64,000 bases of DNA from a virus (taxonomy: Duplodnaviria > Caudoviricetes). The position numbers and the translations under genes are program-made. The DNA is taken from IMG/VR virus record IMGVR_UViG_3300013121_000032, positions 57,236-121,235 of that record; one strand, given 5' to 3'. Below, one piece after another: positions 40,358-51,468 of this stretch (within the stretch, counting starts at the first letter, position 1; every line of letters starts with the position of its first letter). The notes beneath the pieces are model-generated. The model made no database searches and had not been told where the DNA came from. It worked only from the letters and a program-made list of their open reading frames with translations.

Positions 40358-40587
40358 AAAAATTTCATATCCATATTCGTTGGATATATAGAAAAGCGAT
40401 TTGGTTTGCTCATGTAATTGAGCTAGAGGGTTGTTGTGCGGAAGCAACAACTCAAGCACAAGTTAGAGCTAAAATTAGAGATGCTATTACACTATTTTTA
40501 CCTAAAAATGAGAAGTACTTAACTATGGAAACAATAAGTGTTGACAATGGGAAAGATAAAGAAAGCTATAGCAATTTCTACTTATAA
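40354..40587 (+). CDS. HicB-like antitoxin domain protein
   Basis: AHVIELEGCCAEATTQAQVRAKIRDAI follows the HicB pattern (LPGCxxxGxTxEEAxxNxxEAI). Confidence 0.6.
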   Translation: MKKFHIHIRWIYRKAIWFAHVIELEGCCAEATTQAQVRAKIRDAITLFLPKNEKYLTMETISVDNGKDKESYSNFYL

Positions 40588-41326
40588 AAAAAATGGTGCT
40601 TTAAGAGTTTTATTAAACTCTATGCATGAGCATATGAAAGATGAATTATCTTATGTTCACATAGCAGATGATGCTAATGGAGAAGCAAAAGAAGTATTTG
40701 AGGAATTTAAGGATAAGTTTCCACTTTACTATTCCTCAGGAAATAGGTTAGGAATTGCTCAGAATAAAAATCGTGGCATTGAATTCTTCCTTAAGAAGAC
40801 AGATGCTACCCATTTAATTTTAATGGATGATGATATTGAAATTATTGCTCCAGGATTATATGATGCATTAATTAATGCAAAGCATCCTCATATTACAGGA
40901 TTTTTATCAAACTATAGAGATACTGTAGAAGGTGGAGTATTAAATTCTGAATCATTTTTTAAAGAATTTCCACCTAAAGGACAAACTGAAGATTTAGTAT
41001 TTTGTGGTGGCGCTCAGGGAGTATTATTATTTTTTGAGCGGAGGGTACTAGAGAAAGTAGGATATTTTGATACCTTTTGGAAAGGTAAATATGGATTTGA
41101 ACATTCCATATTTAGTAATAGAATTAATAGAGTTTTAGGTTATTACATTGATTGGTTTCCGATTTTTAAAAAATCGGGTAAGTATTTTAAGGATCAGGGC
41201 AATTTCCCTAACCAATATGATGCAAAACCAGAGTTAGACTTAAATAGACCACAATGGATGGAACAAAAACAAGTAATATTTGATGGACAAAGTTTAATAA
41301 ATAAGGTTCCTTATAAATGTCAGTAG
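40538..41326 (+). CDS. Glycosyltransferase family 2
   Basis: IAISTY, IADD, GIAQNKN, LMDDD, VGYFD..YGFEH. Confidence 0.85.
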   Translation: MLTMGKIKKAIAISTYKKNGALRVLLNSMHEHMKDELSYVHIADDANGEAKEVFEEFKDKFPLYYSSGNRLGIAQNKNRGIEFFLKKTDATHLILMDDDIEIIAPGLYDALINAKHPHITGFLSNYRDTVEGGVLNSESFFKEFPPKGQTEDLVFCGGAQGVLLFFERRVLEKVGYFDTFWKGKYGFEHSIFSNRINRVLGYYIDWFPIFKKSGKYFKDQGNFPNQYDAKPELDLNRPQWMEQKQVIFDGQSLINKVPYKCQ

Positions 41327-44193
41327 TAATGTATGTAAGATATATAGACGGTCCATCTAAGGGCAATTCTTCTATGATTTATGTAAATAAAGAAGTATCA
41401 GCATGGCGCCCAGAGACTTGGCAAATTGATTTTCAAGATGAAAAACATAATAATTTTAGGCTTGTCTATAAGATTCTTTGGAAATATGTTAACTGGAAAG
41501 ATCATTTAGTTCCAGCTAAGCTTATACAAAGTAAATCCTTACCTCCATCATATTTCATCCTAAGCCCCATAATGAAGGAGATTATGGGGATTGGGCAGAA
41601 GATTCCTCCGGTACACTTGAGCTAAAAATTGAGAATAATTTAATCTTTTATAAAGATTATGATTGGAAGAAAACACCACCAGAAATTTGGGTTTTAGTCG
41701 ATGGTCAGGAGAAGTGAAATGAATTTGAATTTATTGCTAGTTTTGGTGTCCTTTGTTAGTGTATGGGTATCAGGATTGATAGCTGCAATTGTACTGATTA
41801 ATCAAAATCATCCTGTATAATTCTTGGGATGATTTTAATTATTGCCGATAGGATGGAATCGTGTGGATTTAATTAAATTTCTTGATCAAAATCCAAAAAT
41901 ATTTATAACCACTAAAAATTTGAGGATGGTTGGGTATCGTGCAGTAGGTAAAAAACAATGCATTCCTGATGGATTTGAAATTATTATTCCTCCTCAAATA
42001 TTAACAAATAAAGAGGATTTATCAATTTCGGAGCAACTAGCTTTAAAATCTTGGAATAAGCGATACATAAAGCTCCCTCCAGGTTCTTATAGAGTAGAAA
42101 ATGTTGTCATATAAGTATAAAGTTGGAGATTTAGTATATATGTGCAGACAGCACAGTGTTAGTGGCCCCCATAAAATTACCAAAGTGTATAATGGAGACA
42201 ATTGTTGTGATATCTATACAGATAAATTAGCATTTTATAGTCTTGATTGCTTTGATAGCTTAGAAACTTGTGTATCAGAAGATTCCTTATTTAAGTCATC
42301 TTTAGAAGCACAGAAAGACTTGGATCATTGGAATAACCTTAGAAAAAGGTGGATTAAATGAACTCACTTCAAATTATTAAAGAGAAAATAGCAGAGGTAG
42401 AGCAATTTCTAGACTCTTCTTCAACTATCCTCTCTAATCCAGAAATGATTAAACATATTAATGTGAAATATACCTTTACACAGTATTGGAATTATCTGGA
42501 AAAGTACTATACTTTAAAAAATACATTAATGCTTGAAAGACTTTTTATTTTTGATTGAGGTTTTAAAATGCCTTGTATAGATGATTACCCAGTGCCTCCT
42601 GCCCAAAATGCTAATGAAGCAAAGAGCGAAGCAGCAATGCTAGGTGCTGTGGTATGTGGTATATATAGAAAATATCCTGAAATCCTAGATAATTTGGACT
42701 GGGAACAAATTGGAATTTCTAGAATGAGGCTTGATAAATGGTGGGAAAGCCATAAAGCAAGAGACAAAGCAAAACAAATTGCTTTGGAAAAGAAACGAAA
42801 AGTTGAAGCTGATAGGAATGCGGCTCTTGCTAAGCTCTCTGATGAAGAAAAGAAGCTTTTGGGCTTAGAAAAATACTCAAAAAGGAGTAATAAATGGACA
42901 AGCTCTACACATCCAATGCTAGCCGAATTAGCAGCCTGGCCAACAGACAGTTAAATCCACACGATTGGAGAATTTAAACAAGTGGGCATTATATTTGTAT
43001 AAGATGCTCTAAATACCGTTCTCTAATGAATAGAAAACAACTAAAACATTGCCAAGGAAGGCGCTCACTTACAAGGTCAGAAGAATATGGTCAATTTTCG
43101 TGTTCACAAACCTGATGGTTCACACCAAGATAATCCTTCTGCTGCTTGCTTTGCTGTTTTTAATAGTGAAGGTGGTAGAAAAAATATAAAAGGAATTACA
43201 TACTATCCTCAGATAAATAAAAATAATCCTGGTTACTCACTTATAAGTAAAGAAGATGTTTATGAATATGTGGGATATATGAGAGAAATTGGATTTGAAT
43301 TATCATTAGAGTGTTCTGGTGATTGCCATTCTAATATTAATGATGGTTTTTATATCCATACTGAAAAAAGGGAAATATTTAAGAATAAAGCTCCATTAAA
43401 CTGGATTATTGGTAATCTCATTGCTATGAGGTATGTAGAGGAATTCCAATCTACTGTTAAAGATTTTTTAACTCTTTGTAGAGAAAATCCTACTGAAGAT
43501 AAATGGTATCTCTTTTGGGTTGCTAACCAAGTAGCTGGAAATTGTAGTAGTCATGCGCTTTTTTATCGTGGAATGAGATTTAAACCCTTCTCTGAAGTTA
43601 TTCAGAATTTACAAAAAGATAGAGAATGGAATAGTGGTGGAGGGGGTTTTGCTATTAATGCTCATTTTGCTAATGGGTTGGATAGGGCATTACATGCTAA
43701 AGCGGCAGCATTACCTAAAACCCGTCAAGAACGTACTGCTTTAATTACCTCCTTGCGTGGAGCTTGCTGTGATGAAAGTGACTAAAGAGCAGCAAAGAAA
43801 AATGGATAGAAAAGCTCGCCGGGACATTGAAATAGAAGAAGGCAAGCGTAATTTTTCTCATATTCACAAAACTTCCAAAAAAGACAAAATGGAGAGGAAA
43901 AAGAATACAATACGTCCAGAGGAAATAGAATGAAAGATCGAGATATAGCACACGCTACATTAATGAAGAAAATACAACAACTTTCTAAATTAAGAAACTT
44001 TCTTCTCTATTTTAGCTTTATTCCTGCTATTAGACGGAATTTAAAAAAGATTGATAGTAAAATAGACAACTTATCATTAGATATTTATCATCTTTATAAC
44101 CCTTATAAAGATGATTCAATTTCTCAACTATTAAAACACGCTAATGAGTTATATGCTAAAGGCATAGCTCTTTTGGAAGAAGAAAATGATTAA
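41317..44193 (+). other. Run of small hypothetical genes, including a 232-aa ORF (43087-43785) and a basic 53-aa ORF (43772-43933)
   Basis: Tightly packed + strand ORFs with no recognisable family motifs. Confidence 0.55.
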
Positions 44194-44263
44194 AACACTA
44201 ATCTTGCTATTTTGTTTTGGATTTTTTGGTATCTATTTTTGTCTAAATCTACTAGTTTTTGGA

Positions 44264-44292
44264 TTGACAATTTTTAAACTATTGACTATATT
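44264..44292 (+). promoter_or_regulatory. Sigma70-type promoter
   Basis: TTGACA-17 nt-TATATT, followed by an AGGAG RBS and ATG 44320. Confidence 0.6.
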
Positions 44293-44319
44293 ATAACTAA
44301 AACATAGGAGTTTTAGAAC

Positions 44320-44892
44320 ATGCCTGAATCAAAAGAAGTGGAAAATGCCCTTGCAGCGTTAATTAAACCAAATACAAGGCCTAGGGAGGGTATGCTTACC
44401 TCAAAAGCTTTGGCTTTCTATGCACATAGACGGCAAAAATATGCTGGTGAATCCTCATATTATATTCATTTGGAGATTGTTGCCCAACTAGCTAAACATT
44501 TTGGATTTGATAAAACAATTCAAGAAGCTGCTTATCTTCATGATATCTTAGAAGATACTAATGTAGTAGAACAAGATTTGAAAGATGCAGGAATCTCAGA
44601 TGAGATTATCTCTATTGTTAAGGCTGTAACTGATGAGCCTGGAAAGAATAGGAAAGAGAAGAAAAAGGCTACTTATCCAAAGATTAAAGCTAATAAAGAT
44701 GCCTTGAAACTTAAGCTTTGTGATCGATTAGCTAATGTAATGGTTTCTATTATCTGTGAACCAAGTAAGTTTAAGATGTATAGAGATGAACATCAAGAAT
44801 TTCTTGACAATCTGTATGATTCAGAAGATAATAAAGACTTTGCAATTGCAAAATTGTGGAAGGTTTTAGATGCTTTGTTGGTAGGTGCTTAA
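44320..44892 (+). CDS. Stand-alone RelA/SpoT-type HD hydrolase (small alarmone hydrolase/Mesh1-like)
   Basis: AH..Q..Y..H, AAYLHDILEDT, VKAVT, KLCDRLAN. Confidence 0.85.
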   Translation: MPESKEVENALAALIKPNTRPREGMLTSKALAFYAHRRQKYAGESSYYIHLEIVAQLAKHFGFDKTIQEAAYLHDILEDTNVVEQDLKDAGISDEIISIVKAVTDEPGKNRKEKKKATYPKIKANKDALKLKLCDRLANVMVSIICEPSKFKMYRDEHQEFLDNLYDSEDNKDFAIAKLWKVLDALLVGA

Positions 44893-45644
44893 TGCAACTT
44901 TTACTGAATGTTATTATTCAGGATATTTGTTATCCAAAAGTAGGAAGTGGCGTAGATTTTGGAGAAGCAGATATTTGGTTTATTCCTTATAATCCTAAAC
45001 AACATCAATTGGATGATTATGAGTATAGGAAAGCCATTATTGTTAAAAAATCAGATGGTTTGTGTGCCTACTATTTTATTAGATTTAGAGGCAAGTATCA
45101 TCGCCTAATATTCTTAAATGGAAGTGAAGGAACTATGTGCCATATTGACGATACTAAAGGGTTTAAGGTAAACTTTCCAAATCAATTGAAAAAGATATTG
45201 AAGGAGAAGCTTCAATGAGATTAGAGGATATTCAAGCTATTTTTGAAAAGCATGGTCTTGCAAAGCCTATTGCTAAGGGGGGTGATAAGTATTATTATAA
45301 AAAACTTATTAATAATATGTATTACCTTGAAAATAAAGCAGAGGTAGATATTAAAAACTTATTTCCTCATGCTATTATTGGTGAAAAATCTGATAATTTT
45401 GAGGATGATGAGAATGCTTTTTGGGCATGTGAATTTAGCATTCCTTATAATGAAAAAACAGTTTTAACTTTCAATGGTAAGCCATTTGCTATTTGTGATT
45501 ATGAAAATAAGAAGTTTGCAAGAATTCTTTGCAGTGCTAGACAAAAGGAACAAATTGATGCATACTTAGGTCCAGCCTTCTTCAAATCAGCAGAAGTTGT
45601 TACAAATGAAGTGCTCCAAACTTTGATAAGGTAGGTATAAACTA

Positions 45645-46070
45645 ATGTCAGAAAAGACAGAAAATATGATGGAAACTCGTATTCAGCGCACTCCTAATGG
45701 AATTGCTTTGACTATTAAAAGCAAAGTTCTGGAAGATTGGATGAAAAACAATCGAATGGAAGGCTCTAATATGGAACAATCCTCTAATCCTGGCTGGAAT
45801 GGAATTAAAGGGTATAAATTGAAAGAAATTAAAGATTTTGATCTTTTCAACTATTGGGGTGGAGCATTAAATCAACCATCACCTAATTTGTCATTCTTCA
45901 GAGCAGAAGGTCTTGGAGAAGGTGTAACATTTAATCTTGAAGGAATTTATTCTAAACAAGTTCTTGATAAGTGGGTCCAAGATGCAAGAACCCATATGAT
46001 TGGTTTTTATAAGCGCTACATTAAAACCAAAGATATCACCTTAAGTGTAACCATTTCAGAGATTGAGTAA
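45645..46070 (+). CDS. Cassette 1, protein X (unknown family)
   Basis: PNLSFFRAEGLGEGVTF motif shared with 48854, 51001 and 61099; TAATG-coupled to the ligase. Confidence 0.8.
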   Translation: MSEKTENMMETRIQRTPNGIALTIKSKVLEDWMKNNRMEGSNMEQSSNPGWNGIKGYKLKEIKDFDLFNYWGGALNQPSPNLSFFRAEGLGEGVTFNLEGIYSKQVLDKWVQDARTHMIGFYKRYIKTKDITLSVTISEIE

Positions 46071-46741
46071 TGCCCAAATATATACATAAAATTGGAGTAG
46101 AGCTTGAAGGAGCTTGGCTATCCAGTAAAAATGTGGATAAAAGTTTTCATGGTGATGGATCCGTAAACATCCCTATTAATTATGATTCCAATGATAGGCC
46201 AGATCTTTTTGTTGGTGAAATTGCCTCAGATCCCATTTCTTATGAAAATGTAGAAAATTGGATTAGAGTAAATTATCCTGATAAAGTAAACCATACTTGT
46301 GGTTTTCATATTCATGTTTCATTAAAAGAAAATATGAATTATTTAAGATTAGCAACTGAAGAATTCAGTGCTTTCTTCTTTAATGCAATGACATCTTGGG
46401 GGGAATCCAATAAGCTCCATCCAGAAGATCAGTTCTGGTATAGGTTAAATGGATCTAATCATTATTGTAAAAAAGATTTTAAACCTGATGATCAGATCTA
46501 TGCAAAAACAAAAGGCGATAGCAGGTATACACAGCTTAACTTTTGCTATACCCTTCATGGAACATTGGAATGTAGGCTTTTGCCAATGTTTGGTGATGTA
46601 AACTTGACAATTAGTGCCTTTAAGGCGTATATTGATTGTATTGAAAAATTCCTAGAAGAAGCTCCAAATAATTTAACAGTTATAGAAGCCGCTATTTCAA
46701 TGGAAGATGCTAATAAGGAGGAAGAAGAATGTGTCTATTAA
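46070..46741 (+). CDS. Cassette 1, amidoligase (COOH-NH2 ligase, GS/GCS fold)
   Basis: IGVELEG, DGSV, GEIAS, CGFHIHVS, YC, RYTQLN, TLECR. Confidence 0.85.
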   Translation: MPKYIHKIGVELEGAWLSSKNVDKSFHGDGSVNIPINYDSNDRPDLFVGEIASDPISYENVENWIRVNYPDKVNHTCGFHIHVSLKENMNYLRLATEEFSAFFFNAMTSWGESNKLHPEDQFWYRLNGSNHYCKKDFKPDDQIYAKTKGDSRYTQLNFCYTLHGTLECRLLPMFGDVNLTISAFKAYIDCIEKFLEEAPNNLTVIEAAISMEDANKEEEECVY

Positions 46742-47352
46742 TTGTTGCTGAAACTGAGTTTCCTAGTGAAGCAGTTTTAAAAATAGGTGAGCAGCAAAAT
46801 GGAGATGGTGGCGGCCTTGCTTGGGTTAAAGACGGTCTTGTCCACTATAAAAAGAATGTTAAAGCAGCAGAAATGATGGAATTTGCTAAACTTGAGCCTC
46901 CGTTTATTTTCCACTTTAGAAAAGCTTCATCTGGACCTAAAAAGCCAGAATTGTGTCACCCTTTTCCAATTTCTAGAAAGAGTGAGCTTCACTTAGAGGG
47001 AACTACTAATATTGGTGTTCTTGCCCATAATGGACACTTTCCCCAATATTCAGGATTGTTGCTAAACTCTTTGTCTCCTAGAACCCCATTGCCTGAAGGT
47101 GATTGGTCAGACACTAGAGCTATGGCTTATCTTACAGCCTTGTATGGTGATTCATTTTTGAATCTTACAGATGAGAAGATAGCAATCTTGACTCCAACTG
47201 GAGTTACAGTATATGCTCCTCATAGATGGGTTACACATGGAGCTTTAAAACTTTCTAATGATCCATTTACAGGCTCAGCTACAAAATTTCCCGGAATTGA
47301 CCAAACCCGTTGGACAGATTCTAGCAAATTTGATCATGGATATTGTGATTAA
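46729..47352 (+). CDS. Cassette 1, class II (Ntn) glutamine amidotransferase
   Basis: MC N-terminus, NGDGGG, HFR, CHPFP, HNG, WSDTR. Confidence 0.88.
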   Translation: MCLLIVAETEFPSEAVLKIGEQQNGDGGGLAWVKDGLVHYKKNVKAAEMMEFAKLEPPFIFHFRKASSGPKKPELCHPFPISRKSELHLEGTTNIGVLAHNGHFPQYSGLLLNSLSPRTPLPEGDWSDTRAMAYLTALYGDSFLNLTDEKIAILTPTGVTVYAPHRWVTHGALKLSNDPFTGSATKFPGIDQTRWTDSSKFDHGYCD

Positions 47353-47357
47353 GAACT

Positions 47358-48852
47358 ATGTCAAAAAAAATTGATTTTGCTGTAGGAATGATGCATTTAA
47401 AGCCATCCCTAACAGGAACAAAAGGAGTTAAAGAAGCGGAATTTCAATATCTTATCTTTGATAGGGTATATAATCCAAATCTTTTGCCAACATTAATTAA
47501 ATATAAAGGAAAGTTCTTTAAACGCCATTCATATGATGGTAAAAAGAAAGAATGCACATTTAATGAAATAACTAAAGATGTTTATTGGAAAGACTTAGCA
47601 TCAAGTGAGTTTTGGGATCATGTCTGAAAATGCTAAACATATTACACCTGCTGACATTGAAAAGTTTTTTGAATTAGTTGTGCGTCCAGTAGATAGATGG
47701 AAAGCTCCTGATGATTGGATATTTTTTAATGGATTGAGGACAGAGATAAAAAATCTCGTTTATATGGGATTAAATCTAGTTCATGAGAATTGTATTCAAG
47801 TAGAAAAAGAAGCAATTAAAAGAAGTAATATTATTAGCAATGGAAAAAATAATTGTATTATTCCTTCTTGTAGGTTAGATTATCCACATAATTCCTATGC
47901 TCATCAGAATCAGACATCTAAAAGAACTTATGACTCAGGTAAGAGCATAGAAAAGCTTCCGGTTTTAACATCACCAGAGGGCTATCATAGAAAAGCACCA
48001 CTTTTCAAACCTATTGAACACTGTAGATCAGTAGATACTTTTAGAGGGGAGAGTACAATCTAATGCTTCCATATGGTCCTAGTTGGTTTCCAAACAAGCA
48101 TGTTGAGGACGGTACTTGTTATTATAATGTTCCAACTAATCAGGAATTTAGTGGACGTTGTGTTGCTTTAGAAATGAGAGATAAGCGATTTATGTTCACT
48201 AAAGACTATTGGAAAGCAGCACATATTAAACTTAAAAATATTACGGGTAATCATGCTTGGTTTCTGGGTCCAGCTACTCAATATTTTAAAAATAATAAAT
48301 CTTTAGGTGTATTTTCTATAGGAAATGCTGAAAGAGCTAGACCAATGACATCAGAAATTTACAATAATGGGTATTGGGAATCTAAAAGACAGTCTAATGT
48401 TGTAAACTATACTGTTTACAAAAGTACAGCCGAATATTTAAAAGAAATTTATAAAATCCAAAATAAACAACTAGTACAGTATCTAACTAAGAGGAATAAA
48501 ACCAATGAAAATGAGACAACCAAATCTGAAACGTCAACTAGTACAAGCAGCACAACTCCAACCAGTGGGAGGCTCCTTCCGATTGTTAGACCAAAGAGCT
48601 AATTTTCTAGGAATTAAGCTTCCATCTAAAGAAATGCCAACAGGTAAACGAAGTAGACGTAGCTTGCCTCCCAGAACCCAAATTAAAACATGGGAAGCAC
48701 TTAAGGACCGTGCTTTGGAAAATCTTTTGAAAGAGTTGACAAAATTGCGTGAAACTGTTAAGGTTCAAGAGAAAGAACAAAAAACTGCTACACGTTGTCC
48801 AAACAACTCCAGAATTTTAATGTTTCCTCCAGCAATGGGAAAAGTAAATTAA
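47358..48852 (+). other. Four hypothetical genes between cassettes 1 and 2
   Basis: ORFs at 47358, 47605, 48063 and 48505, closely packed or overlapping. Confidence 0.55.
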
Positions 48853-48853
48853 A

Positions 48854-49471
48854 ATGTCCTTTGATATATACACCAAACTTGAAAATGAGCTTTTTGAGAA
48901 GTTAAATAATAATATGCCTCCAAAGATTGAAATTCCAAAAACATCTAAAACACTCCTTAAAATGGAAGCCGATTGGAATGAGCATGGAGTAATAATTCAC
49001 TACCAATCTGAGGCTATTGAAAGATGGATGCAGCATGTTTCAAAACGTGGTGGAACTTTATCAAGCAATAATGTAGGATGGAAAGGTAAACAAGGATATC
49101 AAATTCCACAAGGGTTTGATATGGGAGATCCTAAAATATCTTATTTCAGGAGTTGGGGTGGTCCTTTGTTTTTTAATGGAAACAACACCCCTAACCTTTC
49201 CCCTTTATGTGCAGTTGGACTAAGTAAGGGAGTATCATTTGAATTCCAAGGACTCTATACTCCTGACACAGTTCAAAAATATATTAAAGAGACAAAAGCA
49301 ATTGTATTAGACTTACTTAAAGACTATTTTCGTAAATTTGATGTTGCTGATAATGTCTCAATGCAAGAAGCTTTTGAAGTTAAATTTAAACCAAAACTTT
49401 CTGAGGCAGAGAAAGAAGCACGTAGAATGCAAAGAAAGGCAGAAAGGTTAGCAGCTAAAAAGGTATACTAA
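48854..49471 (+). CDS. Cassette 2, protein X (with N- and C-terminal extensions)
   Basis: SEAIERWM, WGGPL, PNLSPLCAVGLSKGVSFEFQGLY. Confidence 0.8.
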   Translation: MSFDIYTKLENELFEKLNNNMPPKIEIPKTSKTLLKMEADWNEHGVIIHYQSEAIERWMQHVSKRGGTLSSNNVGWKGKQGYQIPQGFDMGDPKISYFRSWGGPLFFNGNNTPNLSPLCAVGLSKGVSFEFQGLYTPDTVQKYIKETKAIVLDLLKDYFRKFDVADNVSMQEAFEVKFKPKLSEAEKEARRMQRKAERLAAKKVY

Positions 49472-50088
49472 TGGCTAAATATATTAATTTGGTTGGCGTT
49501 GAATTAGAAGGTGGATGGATTGTTCCTCCTGTTGGTATATATCATGATGGTTCTGTATCTGGAGTAGCTGGACATAAAGGAGAATTTTCTACTAAACCTC
49601 CTGTAGAACCAGATAAGATTTCTCATTGGATAGCTCAGCATTATCCAGATTATTCTAATCAATCATGTGGATTGCACTGCCATATTTCATTAAAAAAAGT
49701 TAATGATTATATGCGCCTTATGACTCCTGAATTCCAAAAACATTTTTTACAAAAAATGGAGAAGTGGGGTAAAGATACTAAAATTCCTTCTGAACATCCA
49801 TTTTGGTCTAGATTAAAAGGGCAAAATCAATATTGTAAAAGAGATTTTATTCCTAATGATCAAGTTACTGGAGCTGGTAGCAGATATACGCAATTAAATT
49901 TTGCTTATTATAAATATAAAACCTTGGAATGTAGAATGCTTCCTATGTTTCCAGAAGGATCAAAATATGCAATTTCAGCTATTCAAACTTATTTAGATTG
50001 TGTAGAAGAATTCCTGGACAAATCTCCAAATTTGTCGTTTAATAAGATAAAAGAAGAAATTCCAATTGATGAGGATTTAGTAATCTAA
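49471..50088 (+). CDS. Cassette 2, amidoligase
   Basis: VGVELEG, HDGSV, GEFST, CGLHCHIS, YC, RYTQLN, TLECR. Confidence 0.85.
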   Translation: MAKYINLVGVELEGGWIVPPVGIYHDGSVSGVAGHKGEFSTKPPVEPDKISHWIAQHYPDYSNQSCGLHCHISLKKVNDYMRLMTPEFQKHFLQKMEKWGKDTKIPSEHPFWSRLKGQNQYCKRDFIPNDQVTGAGSRYTQLNFAYYKYKTLECRMLPMFPEGSKYAISAIQTYLDCVEEFLDKSPNLSFNKIKEEIPIDEDLVI

Positions 50089-50735
50089 TGTGTCTATTAA
50101 TTGTTGCTGAAGATAAGTTCCCTGCTTATGAGATTCTGAAAGCAGGTGAGAGCCAAAATCCAGATGGAAATGGCATTGCATATAGAAAGGCTGGAAAAGT
50201 TGAATTCCATAAAGGGATTACTTTGGATAGGATTATAGAGCTTGGTGCTAATAGTGCTCCCCCTTGGTTAATTCATTTTAGAGTTGCAACAGTAGGTCCA
50301 GCTTGTCCTGAACTTTGCCATCCTTTTCCTGTATCATTAAAAGCTCCACTTAATACTACTGGTCAAGTTAATGCAGTAGTAGCTCAAAATGGTAACTGGT
50401 TTAATTGGAGAGAAGGCCTATTCAGTGCTTCTAAATCAATGATTGGTGATAACTCACTAATTCCTAAAGATAATCTTTGGTCTGATAGTAGAGCATTAGC
50501 TTTTGTAACAGCAGTTCACGGTAAAAACTTTTTAAAAACCTTGCCTAGTGCTGGAAAACTTGCATATATGACTAATAATCTGCTTGAACGTTTTGGTTCA
50601 GGTTGGGTGGACAAAGGTGATGGAGTTTTTTGTTCCTATGATCCAGTGTATCGTTTTCAATGGTTTAATCGAGATTGGAGTGATGAAGATCTTCAAGTCT
50701 GGTGTAAAGCTAATGGATATGAAGTAGATTGGTAA
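50088..50735 (+). CDS. Cassette 2, class II glutamine amidotransferase
   Basis: MCLLIVA, NPDGNG, HFR, CHPFP, QNG, WSDSR. Confidence 0.88.
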   Translation: MCLLIVAEDKFPAYEILKAGESQNPDGNGIAYRKAGKVEFHKGITLDRIIELGANSAPPWLIHFRVATVGPACPELCHPFPVSLKAPLNTTGQVNAVVAQNGNWFNWREGLFSASKSMIGDNSLIPKDNLWSDSRALAFVTAVHGKNFLKTLPSAGKLAYMTNNLLERFGSGWVDKGDGVFCSYDPVYRFQWFNRDWSDEDLQVWCKANGYEVDW

Positions 50736-50772
50736 AAGGATCATTGAGGATCTTACGTAAATAATAATGTCT
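50735..50772. promoter_or_regulatory. Bipartite motif, copy 1: AAAGGATCAT-N12-GTAAATAATAATGTCT
   Basis: Both boxes recur identically at 60652-60689 and 60695-60732 with the same 12-nt spacer length. Confidence 0.75.
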
Positions 50773-50831
50773 AGTGTGAAACTTTTCTAACCTAGTGCTA
50801 ACTGAGCTAGTGGCCTGCCCAGTGCAAAGAT

Positions 50832-50859
50832 TAAACGGATCTCATTTGGGGTCCGTTTA
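50832..50859. other. Stem-loop in the intergenic region (terminator or processing hairpin)
   Basis: TAAACGGATCTC...GGGGTCCGTTTA inverted repeat with G-U pairs. Confidence 0.55.
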
Positions 50860-51000
50860 GCGCTAGCTGACATAAACTTATGCTAGCTCTGCTAGGAGTA
50901 AAATCGAAAGAATTTTAGGTTTTCTTCAGGTTTAACTAGCAAATAGTGTGCTAGTATTCAACCATTGAAACCCGCCAACCACCTTTAGGAGAAAAGTCTA

Positions 51001-51465
51001 ATGGCCAGTAAGAAAGTTATAGATGAGTTGACTATAGAAAGGATTCCTAATGGTATTAAGATCTTTTGTAGATCAGAAGCTATTGAGGACTTCATGAAAT
51101 CAATATCTATTAAGAATGCTGATGGAACACCAAAAACTGCATTTATTCCTAATTTTGCACAATCTCCAGCTACGAAGTTCTATCAATTAGATATTGCTGC
51201 TGATGTAGATAAAGCAATATTTGTTAGTCCTGCTGATCGAGGACTGCTTCTTAAGATAGGAACAGTATATGCTCCAAACTTGAATATTTTTAGAGCAGAG
51301 GGATTAGCTCAAGGTATTACCTTTATCTACGAGGGTCTATATCCCCAATCTCAGATTAAATTATGGCAAGAATTGACAATAGAAACTATTAAAAAATTAG
51401 CTAAGAAGTATTTTACAAATTTCAGGATTTCTCTTTCTTTGTCCTATCATGAATTGGAGGGTTAA
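51001..51465 (+). CDS. Cassette 3, protein X
   Basis: IERIPNGI, SEAIEDFM, PNLNIFRAEGLAQGITFIYEGLY; AGGAG RBS. Confidence 0.8.
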   Translation: MASKKVIDELTIERIPNGIKIFCRSEAIEDFMKSISIKNADGTPKTAFIPNFAQSPATKFYQLDIAADVDKAIFVSPADRGLLLKIGTVYAPNLNIFRAEGLAQGITFIYEGLYPQSQIKLWQELTIETIKKLAKKYFTNFRISLSLSYHELEG

Positions 51466-51468
51466 AAA

